From IMG/VR virus record IMGVR_UViG_3300025133_000132, positions 1 to 55,371 of that record: a stretch of 55,371 nucleotides of DNA. One strand, given 5' to 3'. Below the pieces are notes generated by a model. That model saw nothing but the letters and a program-made list of their open reading frames with translations. It was not told the DNA's origin and ran no database searches. This document shows positions 29,501 to 37,477 of the stretch, one piece after another (position 1 is the first letter of the stretch; each line of letters opens with the position of its first letter). The position numbers and the translations under genes were made by a program. This DNA comes from a virus (Duplodnaviria > Caudoviricetes).

Positions 29501-30159
29501 TGCACTGCCACCACACGAACCCGCACATCCTGATGATCGGCGACCCGGGCAAGGTCGCTGCGTACAGCTCGGTCGGCAGCTACCCGATCGTGTACCTCAC
29601 GAACAAGAGCGAGTCCCTGTGCGCTACCTGCGTACAGGGAGACCTCGATCGGCTCTCCCTCATGGTGCGGGACGACTCGAGTACGTACGTGAACGGACAC
29701 GGGGCGAACTGGGAGAACCCGCAGCTCACCTGCTCCTGGTGTGAGACCCCGATCGAGTGCGCGTCCGAGCCGGAGCCCAGCCAGCTCGTCACGCTGCGCG
29801 AGGCCTCGGAGCAGATGCCGCGCAAGCACTCCCGGATGAACGCTCGTGCGTACAGCGAGGGTGTGGACAAGGCGTTCGACACCAGCATCCAGGCGGTGGC
29901 CGAGCTGATCGGCCTCGTGGACACGGACGTGGAGCCGGACGAGTGGATGCCCAAGGTCATCGAGCTGTTCCCTCACATGGACGAGCGCATCCGAGTGCGT
30001 GCGTTCCAGTGCCTGGACGAGCGCCCCGGGTACGTCGGGTACTCCGTGTGGACGCTCGACGGAGCCGAGCTGCGCTGGCACCACAAGCTCCGCCAGGTCC
30101 GGAACCACCACGTGTGGGGCCCGAAGCTCTTCGTGAGCCTGCGTACGGGAGGTGCGTGA
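29497..30159 (+). CDS. Zinc-binding hypothetical phage protein
   Basis: GSYPIVY...LCATC...NWENPQLTCSWCETPIE two-CxxC pattern. Confidence 0.65.
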   Translation: MMHCHHTNPHILMIGDPGKVAAYSSVGSYPIVYLTNKSESLCATCVQGDLDRLSLMVRDDSSTYVNGHGANWENPQLTCSWCETPIECASEPEPSQLVTLREASEQMPRKHSRMNARAYSEGVDKAFDTSIQAVAELIGLVDTDVEPDEWMPKVIELFPHMDERIRVRAFQCLDERPGYVGYSVWTLDGAELRWHHKLRQVRNHHVWGPKLFVSLRTGGA

Positions 30160-30380
30160 TGCTGCCCGACTGGCTGTACCTGCTCGAAGGCCAGCTCGTG
30201 TGCTGGGTGAGCGAGGACCACGAGGAGGTCGTCACCTGGAACCGCTCGCTCACGTTCAACGTGTACGTGTGGACGGGCGACGAACTCCAGAACGTGGACG
30301 TGTTCACGGCGGTGGAGATCCCCAACGACCCCAGGGGCTACGCCATCGACCGGTACCGGGAGCTGGCCTCGTACGAGTAG
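30159..30380 (+). CDS. Hypothetical protein (73 aa)
   Basis: GGAGG RBS, TGATG-coupled. Confidence 0.65.
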   Translation: MLPDWLYLLEGQLVCWVSEDHEEVVTWNRSLTFNVYVWTGDELQNVDVFTAVEIPNDPRGYAIDRYRELASYE

Positions 30381-30400
30381 CCTGAGCACCTGCGCATACC

Positions 30401-30432
30401 GAAAGGCTCGGGGCTTCGGCTCCGGGCCTTTC
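30401..30432 (+). terminator. Hairpin terminator-like element
   Basis: GAAAGGCTCGGGGC-TTCG-GCTCCGGGCCTTTC after the stop. Confidence 0.6.
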
Positions 30433-30641
30433 CTGCGTCTGGACATCGAAGCGTAGGCGCGTAGCGCCCTGGTCCTGGTCCCCGCCCCTCGCATGCGCCC
30501 CGCGCGCACGCACGCATGACGCACGTACGAGGGGACCGAGTCCTGGAAGGGCAGGAAAAAGCACCGTGCTATATTGGCCGTCCGGCCTCACTGGGGGTCG
30601 GGGCACCGGGGCCGTTCCCGGAACACACGAGAGAAGACACC

Positions 30642-31376
30642 ATGACCACCAACACGAACGCCATCGCCTGCAGCCGTTGCCACGCTGAGATCATCTTCAA
30701 CGCTGGCGATCTCCGTCGGAAGCTCACGAGCGCCACGCCCACGATCCGTCTCGGCAAGGTGCCCGGATCCGTGATGCACACGGATACGAAGTGTGGGACC
30801 TACAACACGGACAAGGGACGGGCTACGACGCAGGCGAACAAGGCCGTTCTCACGGCCTGGGGGATCAAGATGCTCTCCACCAAGGCGAGCGAGAACCACG
30901 CGTACCCGGACACCCTGATCGGTGGACGCCTGGAGTACGGAACCCCGAAGAGCGAGCCCAGCAAGGCCGCTCCGAAGGCCTCCCCGAAGCCCAGCAAGGC
31001 GAGCACCGAGACCGATCCGGTTCTCGTGTGGGCTCGTGAGCAGGGAGCGACGGACGATGACGTGAAGCTGATCCAGGCGAGCCGCTCCGGAGCTGTCCCC
31101 GCTCACATCGTGAAGGCCTCGCTCTCCTCGGATGCCCTCGCTCCCTGCCTGGACGCGTCCTGGTCGGTCCCGAAGCCCGCACAGGCTGAGCTGCTCCCGG
31201 AGACGGGCAAGGTGCACGATCTGGACGGTGACACGCTCCGCGCGATGTGCATCGTGGTCGCGATGTCCGAGCAGCCCCTGTTCGGTCACGTCGTCGCCAC
31301 GATCAACGGGAAGAGCTTCCGGATCCCCGTCAAGCTCCCGAGCACCATCGTCGGCAACGTCCTGGACGCTTCGTAG
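30642..31376 (+). CDS. Hypothetical early protein (244 aa)
   Basis: ATG after a leader hairpin and RBS-like GAGAG; TGCTATATT extended -10 upstream (about 30567); N-terminal CSRC. Confidence 0.7.
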   Translation: MTTNTNAIACSRCHAEIIFNAGDLRRKLTSATPTIRLGKVPGSVMHTDTKCGTYNTDKGRATTQANKAVLTAWGIKMLSTKASENHAYPDTLIGGRLEYGTPKSEPSKAAPKASPKPSKASTETDPVLVWAREQGATDDDVKLIQASRSGAVPAHIVKASLSSDALAPCLDASWSVPKPAQAELLPETGKVHDLDGDTLRAMCIVVAMSEQPLFGHVVATINGKSFRIPVKLPSTIVGNVLDAS

Positions 31377-31384
31377 TGGGCAGC

Positions 31385-31450
31385 ATGTTCGCCGGCATCG
31401 TGTGGGCCATCCTCGCGATCCTGCTGCTGTCGTTCATCGCTACTGAGTAG
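31385..31450 (+). CDS. Possible 21-aa hydrophobic peptide
   Basis: MFAGIVWAILAILLLSFIATE lies between the preceding stop and a hairpin. Confidence 0.35.
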   Translation: MFAGIVWAILAILLLSFIATE

Positions 31451-31469
31451 CCACAGCTCTCAGACACGC

Positions 31470-31501
31470 AACGCCCACCCGGGTTCACTCGGGTGGGCGT
31501 T
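31470..31501 (+). terminator. Hairpin ending the early block
   Basis: AACGCCCACCCGGG-TTCA-CTCGGGTGGGCGTT. Confidence 0.6.
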
Positions 31502-32084
31502 CCTGCGTTCGGGCCATTCCGTGGAGATGTGAGAGGTACGGAATGGTGACCGGGTACCCATTTCGGGCCAATGAGAGGCAGGAACCCTGATTCCTGCCTC
31601 TCCAGGGCGTCTGCGCTCCCTCTTCAGACGTTCGCCGTCTACCTGGGCGTCTCAAGGGCAAACAAGCTCACACAGGGGCTGTAGGCCTTCTACGGAGCAT
31701 GGCTCCCTGGTGAACGGTTCCAGGGTTGCCCTGGTGCGTCCTGGTGCTCGATCTGAGGCCTTCCTAGGGTGTCGAGCTGTCCGGGTACGGGATGGAACCA
31801 GGGCAGCTTGACGGGCCCGTGTGGGCGAGCCTGGGGGCGAGCCTGGGGGCGTGCGTTCCTGCTCTCGTGTGGGTGGGTGCCCCACGTCCAGGCGGACCCC
31901 TCTAGTGGGACATGTGCACCCCACCCGGGGCCCCGGGGGAGGGGCCTCCCCCCCAGGGGCGGGGGTCGTGGCTTAGAGTTACCACCCTCCTGGTTTTTTC
32001 CCTAATTTCAAAGACTTCCCAGTACACAGGAACTTTCTTCTCGAGAGGTCCTTGCGTGCCTTAGAGTATTTGGGGTAGATGGGG

Positions 32085-32195
32085 GACCTAGGGGGTGCTG
32101 CTACTAGAAGCTCTAGCGGGAGGGGCTAGTACTTCTAGCGGGAGTTGTTCTTCCTGGCGGAAGAGGTAGCGGGAGATTCTCTAGCTACTAGGGGA
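32085..32195. repeat. CTAG cluster 2 with 3x TAGCGGGAG
   Basis: 7 CTAG (32088, 32104, 32113, 32126, 32135, 32181, 32188) and TAGCGGGAG at about 32114, 32136 and 32167. Confidence 0.75.
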
Positions 32196-32269
32196 AGAAG
32201 GGCACCAGGAGTCTCGGCTTGCCCTGGAGCGGATTGAGCTGCTCATGGCTCCTCTTTAGTTGTCACTGG

Positions 32270-32299
32270 TTGACAGTAGTAGAGAAGGGTGGATAGGCT
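32270..32299 (+). promoter_or_regulatory. Putative sigma70-type promoter
   Basis: TTGACA-18 bp-TAGGCT; the -35 sits in a TGTCA-N5-TGACA palindrome. Confidence 0.55.
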
Positions 32300-32324
32300 C
32301 CTCTCGGTTTCAACCGAGGTGTGT

Positions 32325-32546
32325 GTGCTGATTCTCTCTCTTCTCTTCCTGGGGCTCTTGCTGTTCGCGAGCTGCTTCGTCACCTTCGCTCTCGATGAGT
32401 TGGACGACATCCTGAACGTCGTCGCGCGGAGCACGACGGTGACGGGGATGCTCCGGATCTCCCTCGCGGGGTCCTTCTTCGGGCTCGTCGGGTACGTCCT
32501 GCTGTTCGTCGCCCTGTTCCAGCAGGGGGTGCTCAGTGAGCTGTGA
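32325..32546 (+). CDS. Two-TM membrane protein (holin-like topology)
   Basis: Two hydrophobic segments; GAGGT RBS before GTG 32325. Holin role is speculative. Confidence 0.55.
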   Translation: MLILSLLFLGLLLFASCFVTFALDELDDILNVVARSTTVTGMLRISLAGSFFGLVGYVLLFVALFQQGVLSEL

Positions 32547-33423
32547 AGCCTGCATGGGGAACGTGGCCCCGGGGAAGAGCTGCTACGCCTGCGGGTTGAA
32601 GGGTCCGGCGGGCCAGGGTCGGACCCGGTGGCTGCACGAGCTCGAGGTCGGGACGACCATCTACGAGCGGGGGGTCGCGGTGGAGTTCCTCGGCCCGGAG
32701 CCCCGGTCCCCGAAGCACTGGAGGGTGAGGGTCATCCACACAGGGAAGACGGGTTCGGTGCCGGCCAGGCTGCTCGCCCTCGAGCCCCAGGAGCCCTTCG
32801 ACCCCCAGGGCGACGGGGATGCGGACGACTGGATTCGGGACTGGGGGATCGGCGACGAGCCGGAGGAGGAGGTCTTCATCGACAGGCCGACCTACGTCAG
32901 CACCGAGAAGCTGCGCGTCTTCTCGGCTCCCGGGGAGCTCGCCCACCTCGTTCACGTCACCCTGACGGCTGCGGGGGCTCAGGTGCTTGCTGGGGACGTG
33001 ATCGTCCACTTCAACCAGGGGGTGATGGGGGCGCGTTGCCTGGTCTCTCGGCATGCGATGCAGAAGACCGTGGCGGCGTTCACGCTGGAGCAGAACAAGG
33101 TGACCTTCTACGGGCTGGAGGAGAGCGCGCTGCGGGCTCGCATCCTGGAGGAGCTCCTCACCCCGCTGGATGGCGTCGCGGCGACGCTGGAGGGCCTTTC
33201 CGACGCTCGACTGCTCTCGGACGACGCGCGAGAGGCTCGTGCCTTCGAGGCTGCGGGGGACCTGCTCCTGGAGTTCCAGGACATGGGCGGGATGCCCGAG
33301 GAGCACGAGGGCGACACCTGGGGCCTGATGCGGGAGCGGCTCGCTGAGGTGCTCCTCCACGCCATGAAGGAGGGCACGTCCCTCACCCACAATATCAACA
33401 GCGCACAAGGAGTAGCGCAATGA
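32536..33423 (+). CDS. Hypothetical protein with an N-terminal zinc ribbon
   Basis: MSCEAC...SCYACG; codon bias. Confidence 0.7.
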   Translation: MSCEACMGNVAPGKSCYACGLKGPAGQGRTRWLHELEVGTTIYERGVAVEFLGPEPRSPKHWRVRVIHTGKTGSVPARLLALEPQEPFDPQGDGDADDWIRDWGIGDEPEEEVFIDRPTYVSTEKLRVFSAPGELAHLVHVTLTAAGAQVLAGDVIVHFNQGVMGARCLVSRHAMQKTVAAFTLEQNKVTFYGLEESALRARILEELLTPLDGVAATLEGLSDARLLSDDAREARAFEAAGDLLLEFQDMGGMPEEHEGDTWGLMRERLAEVLLHAMKEGTSLTHNINSAQGVAQ

Positions 33424-33746
33424 GCAGCAAGAACACCATCACCATCGACGGCGTCGAGTACGTCCGGGCAGACAGCGTCACCAACTACGAGCCGCCCGAG
33501 GGTACGCGCCACGTCATCGTCATCGACCGTGGCTGGATCTTCGCCGGCGACGTGACCGAAGAGAACGGGCGGATCATCCTGAAGCGCCCCGTCAACGTCG
33601 TCCGCTGGTCGGGCGTCGGCTTCGACGGGATGCTGGCGAACCCGAAGTCGGACAAGGTCGCGCTGAAGCCGATCGCCAACCCTGTCAACCTTCCCGCCGG
33701 CTCTGAGGTCTACCGCGTGCCGGTGGCTGACGACTGGGGGCTGTGA
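33420..33746 (+). CDS. Small beta-rich (Sm-like/DUF6948-like) phage protein
   Basis: RHVIVIDRGWIFAGDV...IILKRPVNVVRW; AAGGAG RBS. Confidence 0.6.
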   Translation: MSSKNTITIDGVEYVRADSVTNYEPPEGTRHVIVIDRGWIFAGDVTEENGRIILKRPVNVVRWSGVGFDGMLANPKSDKVALKPIANPVNLPAGSEVYRVPVADDWGL

Positions 33747-34045
33747 TGCCCGAGTTTCTGCTGGTCGGCAACGGCTACAGCAACGGCTACGGCTACGGCG
33801 ACGGCAACGGCTACAGCAACGGCAACGGCTACAGCAACGGCGGGGGCTACGGCTACGGGGACGGCCTCGGCGACGGCCTCGGCTACGGCAACGGCGACGG
33901 CTACGGCAACGACGGCGACGGCGACGGCTACGGCGACGGCTACGGCTACGGCAACGGCAACGACGGCGGCGGCGGCGACGGCTACGGCGGCGGCGGCGGC
34001 TACGGCTACGGCTACGGCAACGGCTCGGTCAGCACGAGCCTCTAA
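33743..34045 (+). CDS. Gly/Tyr/Asp/Asn low-complexity repeat protein
   Basis: (GGC-NNC)n hexamer repeats encoding GNGYGYGDG...; coupled to the upstream gene. Confidence 0.6.
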   Translation: MMPEFLLVGNGYSNGYGYGDGNGYSNGNGYSNGGGYGYGDGLGDGLGYGNGDGYGNDGDGDGYGDGYGYGNGNDGGGGDGYGGGGGYGYGYGNGSVSTSL

Positions 34046-34119
34046 TCTTGCCCGGCGTGGCGTCGCGCCCGTCACTCCAGCGGCGTCACGCTCGGGCACC
34101 TTTCAACAGCGGAGTAGTA

Positions 34120-34332
34120 ATGAGCAACAACAACAACGCCGAAAAGAAGCAGCCGTACAGCGGCTGGCTGGTCAGTAACAGCCTGTCAGAGCGTGCCATC
34201 GCGGTGGTACTCCACCACATGTTCGGGGTGCTCCTGCTGGGAGTGATCGCGGGCATCTTGGGCGGAATGGTAACGGTCGGCCTGATTGCGGCAGGGTCCG
34301 CCGTCGGGCCGACGGTGGAGGTGTCGCCATAA
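34120..34332 (+). CDS. Small membrane protein
   Basis: GGAG RBS; hydrophobic C-terminal half. Confidence 0.55.
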   Translation: MSNNNNAEKKQPYSGWLVSNSLSERAIAVVLHHMFGVLLLGVIAGILGGMVTVGLIAAGSAVGPTVEVSP

Positions 34333-34558
34333 CCCTCTCCCACCGATACGCCGTCTCCGCGTGCCACGTCCCAGGGTGCCAGTCAGGGCTACGAGCTCGA
34401 CACACCATCAGGACGAAGCCAACGCGACAGCGTCCAGCGCCAGAAACCGCGATGGTCTGCGCTGACTGCTGGCTGGATGCGGCCAAGGATCCACGGCTCG
34501 ACGCTGTCGGCGATGGTCCTGGCGAGTACGTCAAGGCGCTCCGAGCCGTGGAGGCGTC

Positions 34559-34729
34559 GTGAAGTACCTTGCTATTGCACTCTGGGCCTGTGCGTTCGGA
34601 CTCCTCGCGGGAGCGTACCTCCATGAGATCGACATCATCGAGACCACCTGCGGCGAGGCAGGCGGGCAGGTCGAAGACGGCACCATCTACTGCAAGACGC
34701 CCGACGGCTTCGAGGCGGTGATCTGGTGA
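34559..34729 (+). CDS. Small membrane-anchored/exported protein (56 aa)
   Basis: Own translation MKYLAIALWACAFGLLAGAYLHEIDIIETTCGEAGGQVEDGTIYCKTPDGFEAVIW; GGAGG RBS. Confidence 0.5.
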   Translation: MKYLAIALWACAFGLLAGAYLHEIDIIETTCGEAGGQVEDGTIYCKTPDGFEAVIW

Positions 34730-34911
34730 GCCGCTGCAAGTCTGCCAGGTCTGCGGGAGCCAGCCCGCACCCTCCGTCAGCTGCGGGCGGCCTTCGGGCC
34801 GGCACCCCGGTGTCTCACCTGCGAGCATGAGCGGAGCGAGTGCACCGGGAGCTGCGGTAGAAGCTCAGCTCTCCGCAAGTACCTGTACGTCCTGGGGCCT
34901 ATCCAGAAGCG

Positions 34912-34940
34912 TTGACAGGGGGTTGTCACCCGAGTATTCC
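34912..34940 (+). promoter_or_regulatory. Putative sigma70-type promoter
   Basis: TTGACA-17 bp-TATTCC; spacer contains GGTTGTCACCC. Confidence 0.55.
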
Positions 34941-34968
34941 TGGTGGGCATCCCAACCAGGAGAAGCAG

Positions 34969-35505
34969 ATGCTCGACCCCCTGAAGAACACCAGCGTGGA
35001 CATGTTCCTGCGGAGCCTCGCCGTGAAGCGCGAGAAGGGCTCCGAGGAGACCTACATCGTCACGATGGACCTTGAGTCCGTCACCTCGCCGTCGGCGAAG
35101 GAGCTCAACGGAGTCCTGCTCGGCTCGGAAGGAGCTCTCGCCGCGATGGAGGCGGCCGGCTCGAACAAGGCGAAGGGGAAGCTCGAGTACAAGGGGGACT
35201 CCGGCCTCCTGAACATCCGCTTCGGGACCTTCGACACGGACTCGAACTTCGAGGAGTGCCTCCGGGGCAAGGGTCGGATCATCCTGAACCGCCTGAAGTA
35301 CACGAGCGACGGGAGCCCCGAGCTTTCCCAGCGCGTTCGCCTGGTCGAGTTCTCCCCGAGCATCGACGAGATCGGGCGGCTCTTCCGTCGGATGAACCGC
35401 GAGCTGTGGGTGGAGGTCCAGCCGGCCCAGCTGTCGCTTCTCGACCAGGGTCCGACGACCCCGACCACGGATGGCGAGGACGAGGAGCTCCAGGCCACCG
35501 GATAG
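34969..35505 (+). CDS. Hypothetical protein (178 aa)
   Basis: AGGAG RBS before ATG 34969. Confidence 0.75.
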   Translation: MLDPLKNTSVDMFLRSLAVKREKGSEETYIVTMDLESVTSPSAKELNGVLLGSEGALAAMEAAGSNKAKGKLEYKGDSGLLNIRFGTFDTDSNFEECLRGKGRIILNRLKYTSDGSPELSQRVRLVEFSPSIDEIGRLFRRMNRELWVEVQPAQLSLLDQGPTTPTTDGEDEELQATG

Positions 35506-35560
35506 GTTGACACTGGTTTCCAGTGGTGGTACCTCTCCAGAAGAAAAAAGGAGTGTGTGC

Positions 35561-36418
35561 ATGCTGAGGAACCTGTTGAAGCGAGCCCTGCGAGGTCGCC
35601 CCGTCCCCACGCCCCCCGAGGTGTTGGAGGCGGCGGCGGCCTTCGTTGCTCTGGAAGAGAAGTACGGTCGTCACCCGGAGGCGGTCATCCAGCAGCTGGT
35701 GGCGGAGAAGGTGTCGATCATCACCGACAAGGACGACGCCCTCGTCGAACTGGACGAACTGCAGAAGTTCAACACCCGGCTGAAGGGCATCCAGAAGGAG
35801 CAGACGGAGCAGCACCACCAGGTGGAGTGTGAGCTCCGGACCGTCCTCCGGAAGATGGAGGACAAGCTCCGGATGATCGAGCTCCAGGCGCTCGAGCCCG
35901 AGGCTCCGGACGGCACCCGCAGCCCCGCTCCGCTCTTCCCGGGCTTCACCAGGAAGAACCTGGAGCTGGTCTACCAGGAGCGGGGCCGCCAGGACCTGCA
36001 GTGGGGATGCCAGGACCATCCGGACGGTACGGGCTCCAAGGTGGACAAGTGGGACGCCGTGCAGAAGACCGAGGCCTGCCAGATGGCGTTCAAGTCGGGG
36101 AACGGGACCTGGCTGCACATCCTCAGCGAGGAGGTCGCCGAAGTCCTCGCTGAGTCGGACCCTCGACTCCTCGGCGAGGAGCTGATCCAGGTCGCCGCCG
36201 TCTGCGTGGCTTGGAAGGAGAAGCTCGACCGAGCCGCCCTGATGCCCGACGGTCGCCCCGTTCCGCCGGACGACGCCGTCCCCGGGTCGGACGACGCCCC
36301 GCGCGACCCCTCGACGCGTGAGCCGGAGGAGGTCGAGCACCCCTTCCAGCCCACGCCGGAGGACCTGGACGAGTACGACAAGATGGCGGCCAAGGTCGCC
36401 GAGGAGACGAGCTGGTGA
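35561..36418 (+). CDS. MazG-like NTP pyrophosphohydrolase domain protein with an N-terminal coiled coil
   Basis: ERGRQDLQWG..HPDGTG...TWLHILSEEVAEV...EELIQVAAVCVAW; AAGGAG RBS; TTGACA at 35507. Confidence 0.75.
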   Translation: MLRNLLKRALRGRPVPTPPEVLEAAAAFVALEEKYGRHPEAVIQQLVAEKVSIITDKDDALVELDELQKFNTRLKGIQKEQTEQHHQVECELRTVLRKMEDKLRMIELQALEPEAPDGTRSPAPLFPGFTRKNLELVYQERGRQDLQWGCQDHPDGTGSKVDKWDAVQKTEACQMAFKSGNGTWLHILSEEVAEVLAESDPRLLGEELIQVAAVCVAWKEKLDRAALMPDGRPVPPDDAVPGSDDAPRDPSTREPEEVEHPFQPTPEDLDEYDKMAAKVAEETSW

Positions 36419-36696
36419 GCAACGCGATCCGATACATCAAGGTCCTGGACCTGGAGGGTCGTCCCTCCCTCATGCAGGAGCACAAGATCCTGCTCTTCGA
36501 CAGCCCCTCGAAGGAGGAGCGGCAGAAGACCCCGGCGATGGGGGCGAAGATGGTCCTCCCCGGAGGGCTCGCCATCCCCCTGAAGGACCGCATCGAGCAC
36601 ATCGAGGAGGCGCTCGCCCACCCGAAGGCCTGGGAGACCAACGTCCTGGACATTCAGGCAGTGCGAAAGCTCTCTCGAGTGACCCTCCCGACTTGA
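36415..36696 (+). CDS. Hypothetical protein (93 aa)
   Basis: GTGA-coupled, GAGGAG RBS. Confidence 0.6.
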   Translation: MSNAIRYIKVLDLEGRPSLMQEHKILLFDSPSKEERQKTPAMGAKMVLPGGLAIPLKDRIEHIEEALAHPKAWETNVLDIQAVRKLSRVTLPT

Positions 36697-37358
36697 GCCG
36701 GGGGCAGAACCGAGGGCAGAACCGGGCGAAGCTCGACCAGTACTGGACGCCGGACCCTCTGGCGGAGAAGCTGGTCGAGCTCCTGCCCATCTGGCAGGAC
36801 GAAACGGCTCTCGAGCCCCACGCAGGGGGCGGAGCCTTCGTCAAGGCGCTCCGGAAGCGGGCCAGCTGGGTGGGTGCCATCGACCTGGACCCCACCGCGC
36901 CCGGCCTGGAGCTCGCGAGTCACTCCTGGGTGGCCGATTCGACCACCTTCGAGTGGCGGGCAGGTGGGATCTGGGCTCCACCGGTCTGGGTTGGGGGCAA
37001 CTGCCCCTACAAAGAGGCCGTGAAGCACGTTCGAGCAGCCCTGAAGCTCTCCCGACGGCACGTGTTCTTCCTGATCCCCCTCTCGTTCCTCGAATCAGAG
37101 GGCAGATCGGGCTTCTGGAGGGGTGAGGGGGCCTGTTTGCGGGGCTTCTGGGCTCTTCAGGAGCGAGTTCCCTTCCTTCGGGCGGCTCAGGGGCCCGGAT
37201 CGCTTGGAAAGCCGCTGGATCTCTTCCAGGCGGCGGGAGTGGCCCCCTCGAAGGACGACGGCGGGGGCAATTCGACCCCGTTGGCCTTCTTCTGGTGGGA
37301 CAAAGAGCACTCAGGCCCCCCGGAGCACTTCGTTCCGTGCTGGAGCTGGAAGGTGTAA
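36693..37358 (+). CDS. Small SAM-dependent DNA (amino) methyltransferase-like protein
   Basis: DQYWTP, LEPHAGGGAF (motif I), IDLDP, GNCPY (motif IV variant), LIPLSFLES; TTGA-coupled start. Confidence 0.75.
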   Translation: MSRGQNRGQNRAKLDQYWTPDPLAEKLVELLPIWQDETALEPHAGGGAFVKALRKRASWVGAIDLDPTAPGLELASHSWVADSTTFEWRAGGIWAPPVWVGGNCPYKEAVKHVRAALKLSRRHVFFLIPLSFLESEGRSGFWRGEGACLRGFWALQERVPFLRAAQGPGSLGKPLDLFQAAGVAPSKDDGGGNSTPLAFFWWDKEHSGPPEHFVPCWSWKV

Positions 37359-37362
37359 GGGG

Positions 37363-37391
37363 TTGACACCCTAAAAGGGCGACGCTACGGT
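37363..37391 (+). promoter_or_regulatory. Putative sigma70-type promoter followed by a leader hairpin
   Basis: TTGACA-17 bp-TACGGT; CAAGAGGCGG...CCGCCTCTTG stem at 37421-37453. Confidence 0.55.
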
Positions 37392-37477
37392 GCTGGTGCA
37401 CGAGCACTGCACACACCCTTCAAGAGGCGGTCCCATCCCGGGGCCGCCTCTTGTCGTTGGGGGGTTGACCCCCTCTC

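Noticed and set aside
31451-32290. tRNA or protein-coding ORFs (31652..31924, 31769..32005) in the large gap
   Set aside because: No cloverleaf or T-loop consensus seen; the ORFs lack RBS and codon bias.
33767-34025. DGR-like variability (X codons look like AAC with mutated adenines)
   Set aside because: No reverse transcriptase or template/variable repeat pair was recognised; NNC codons are explained by GC3 bias and slippage.
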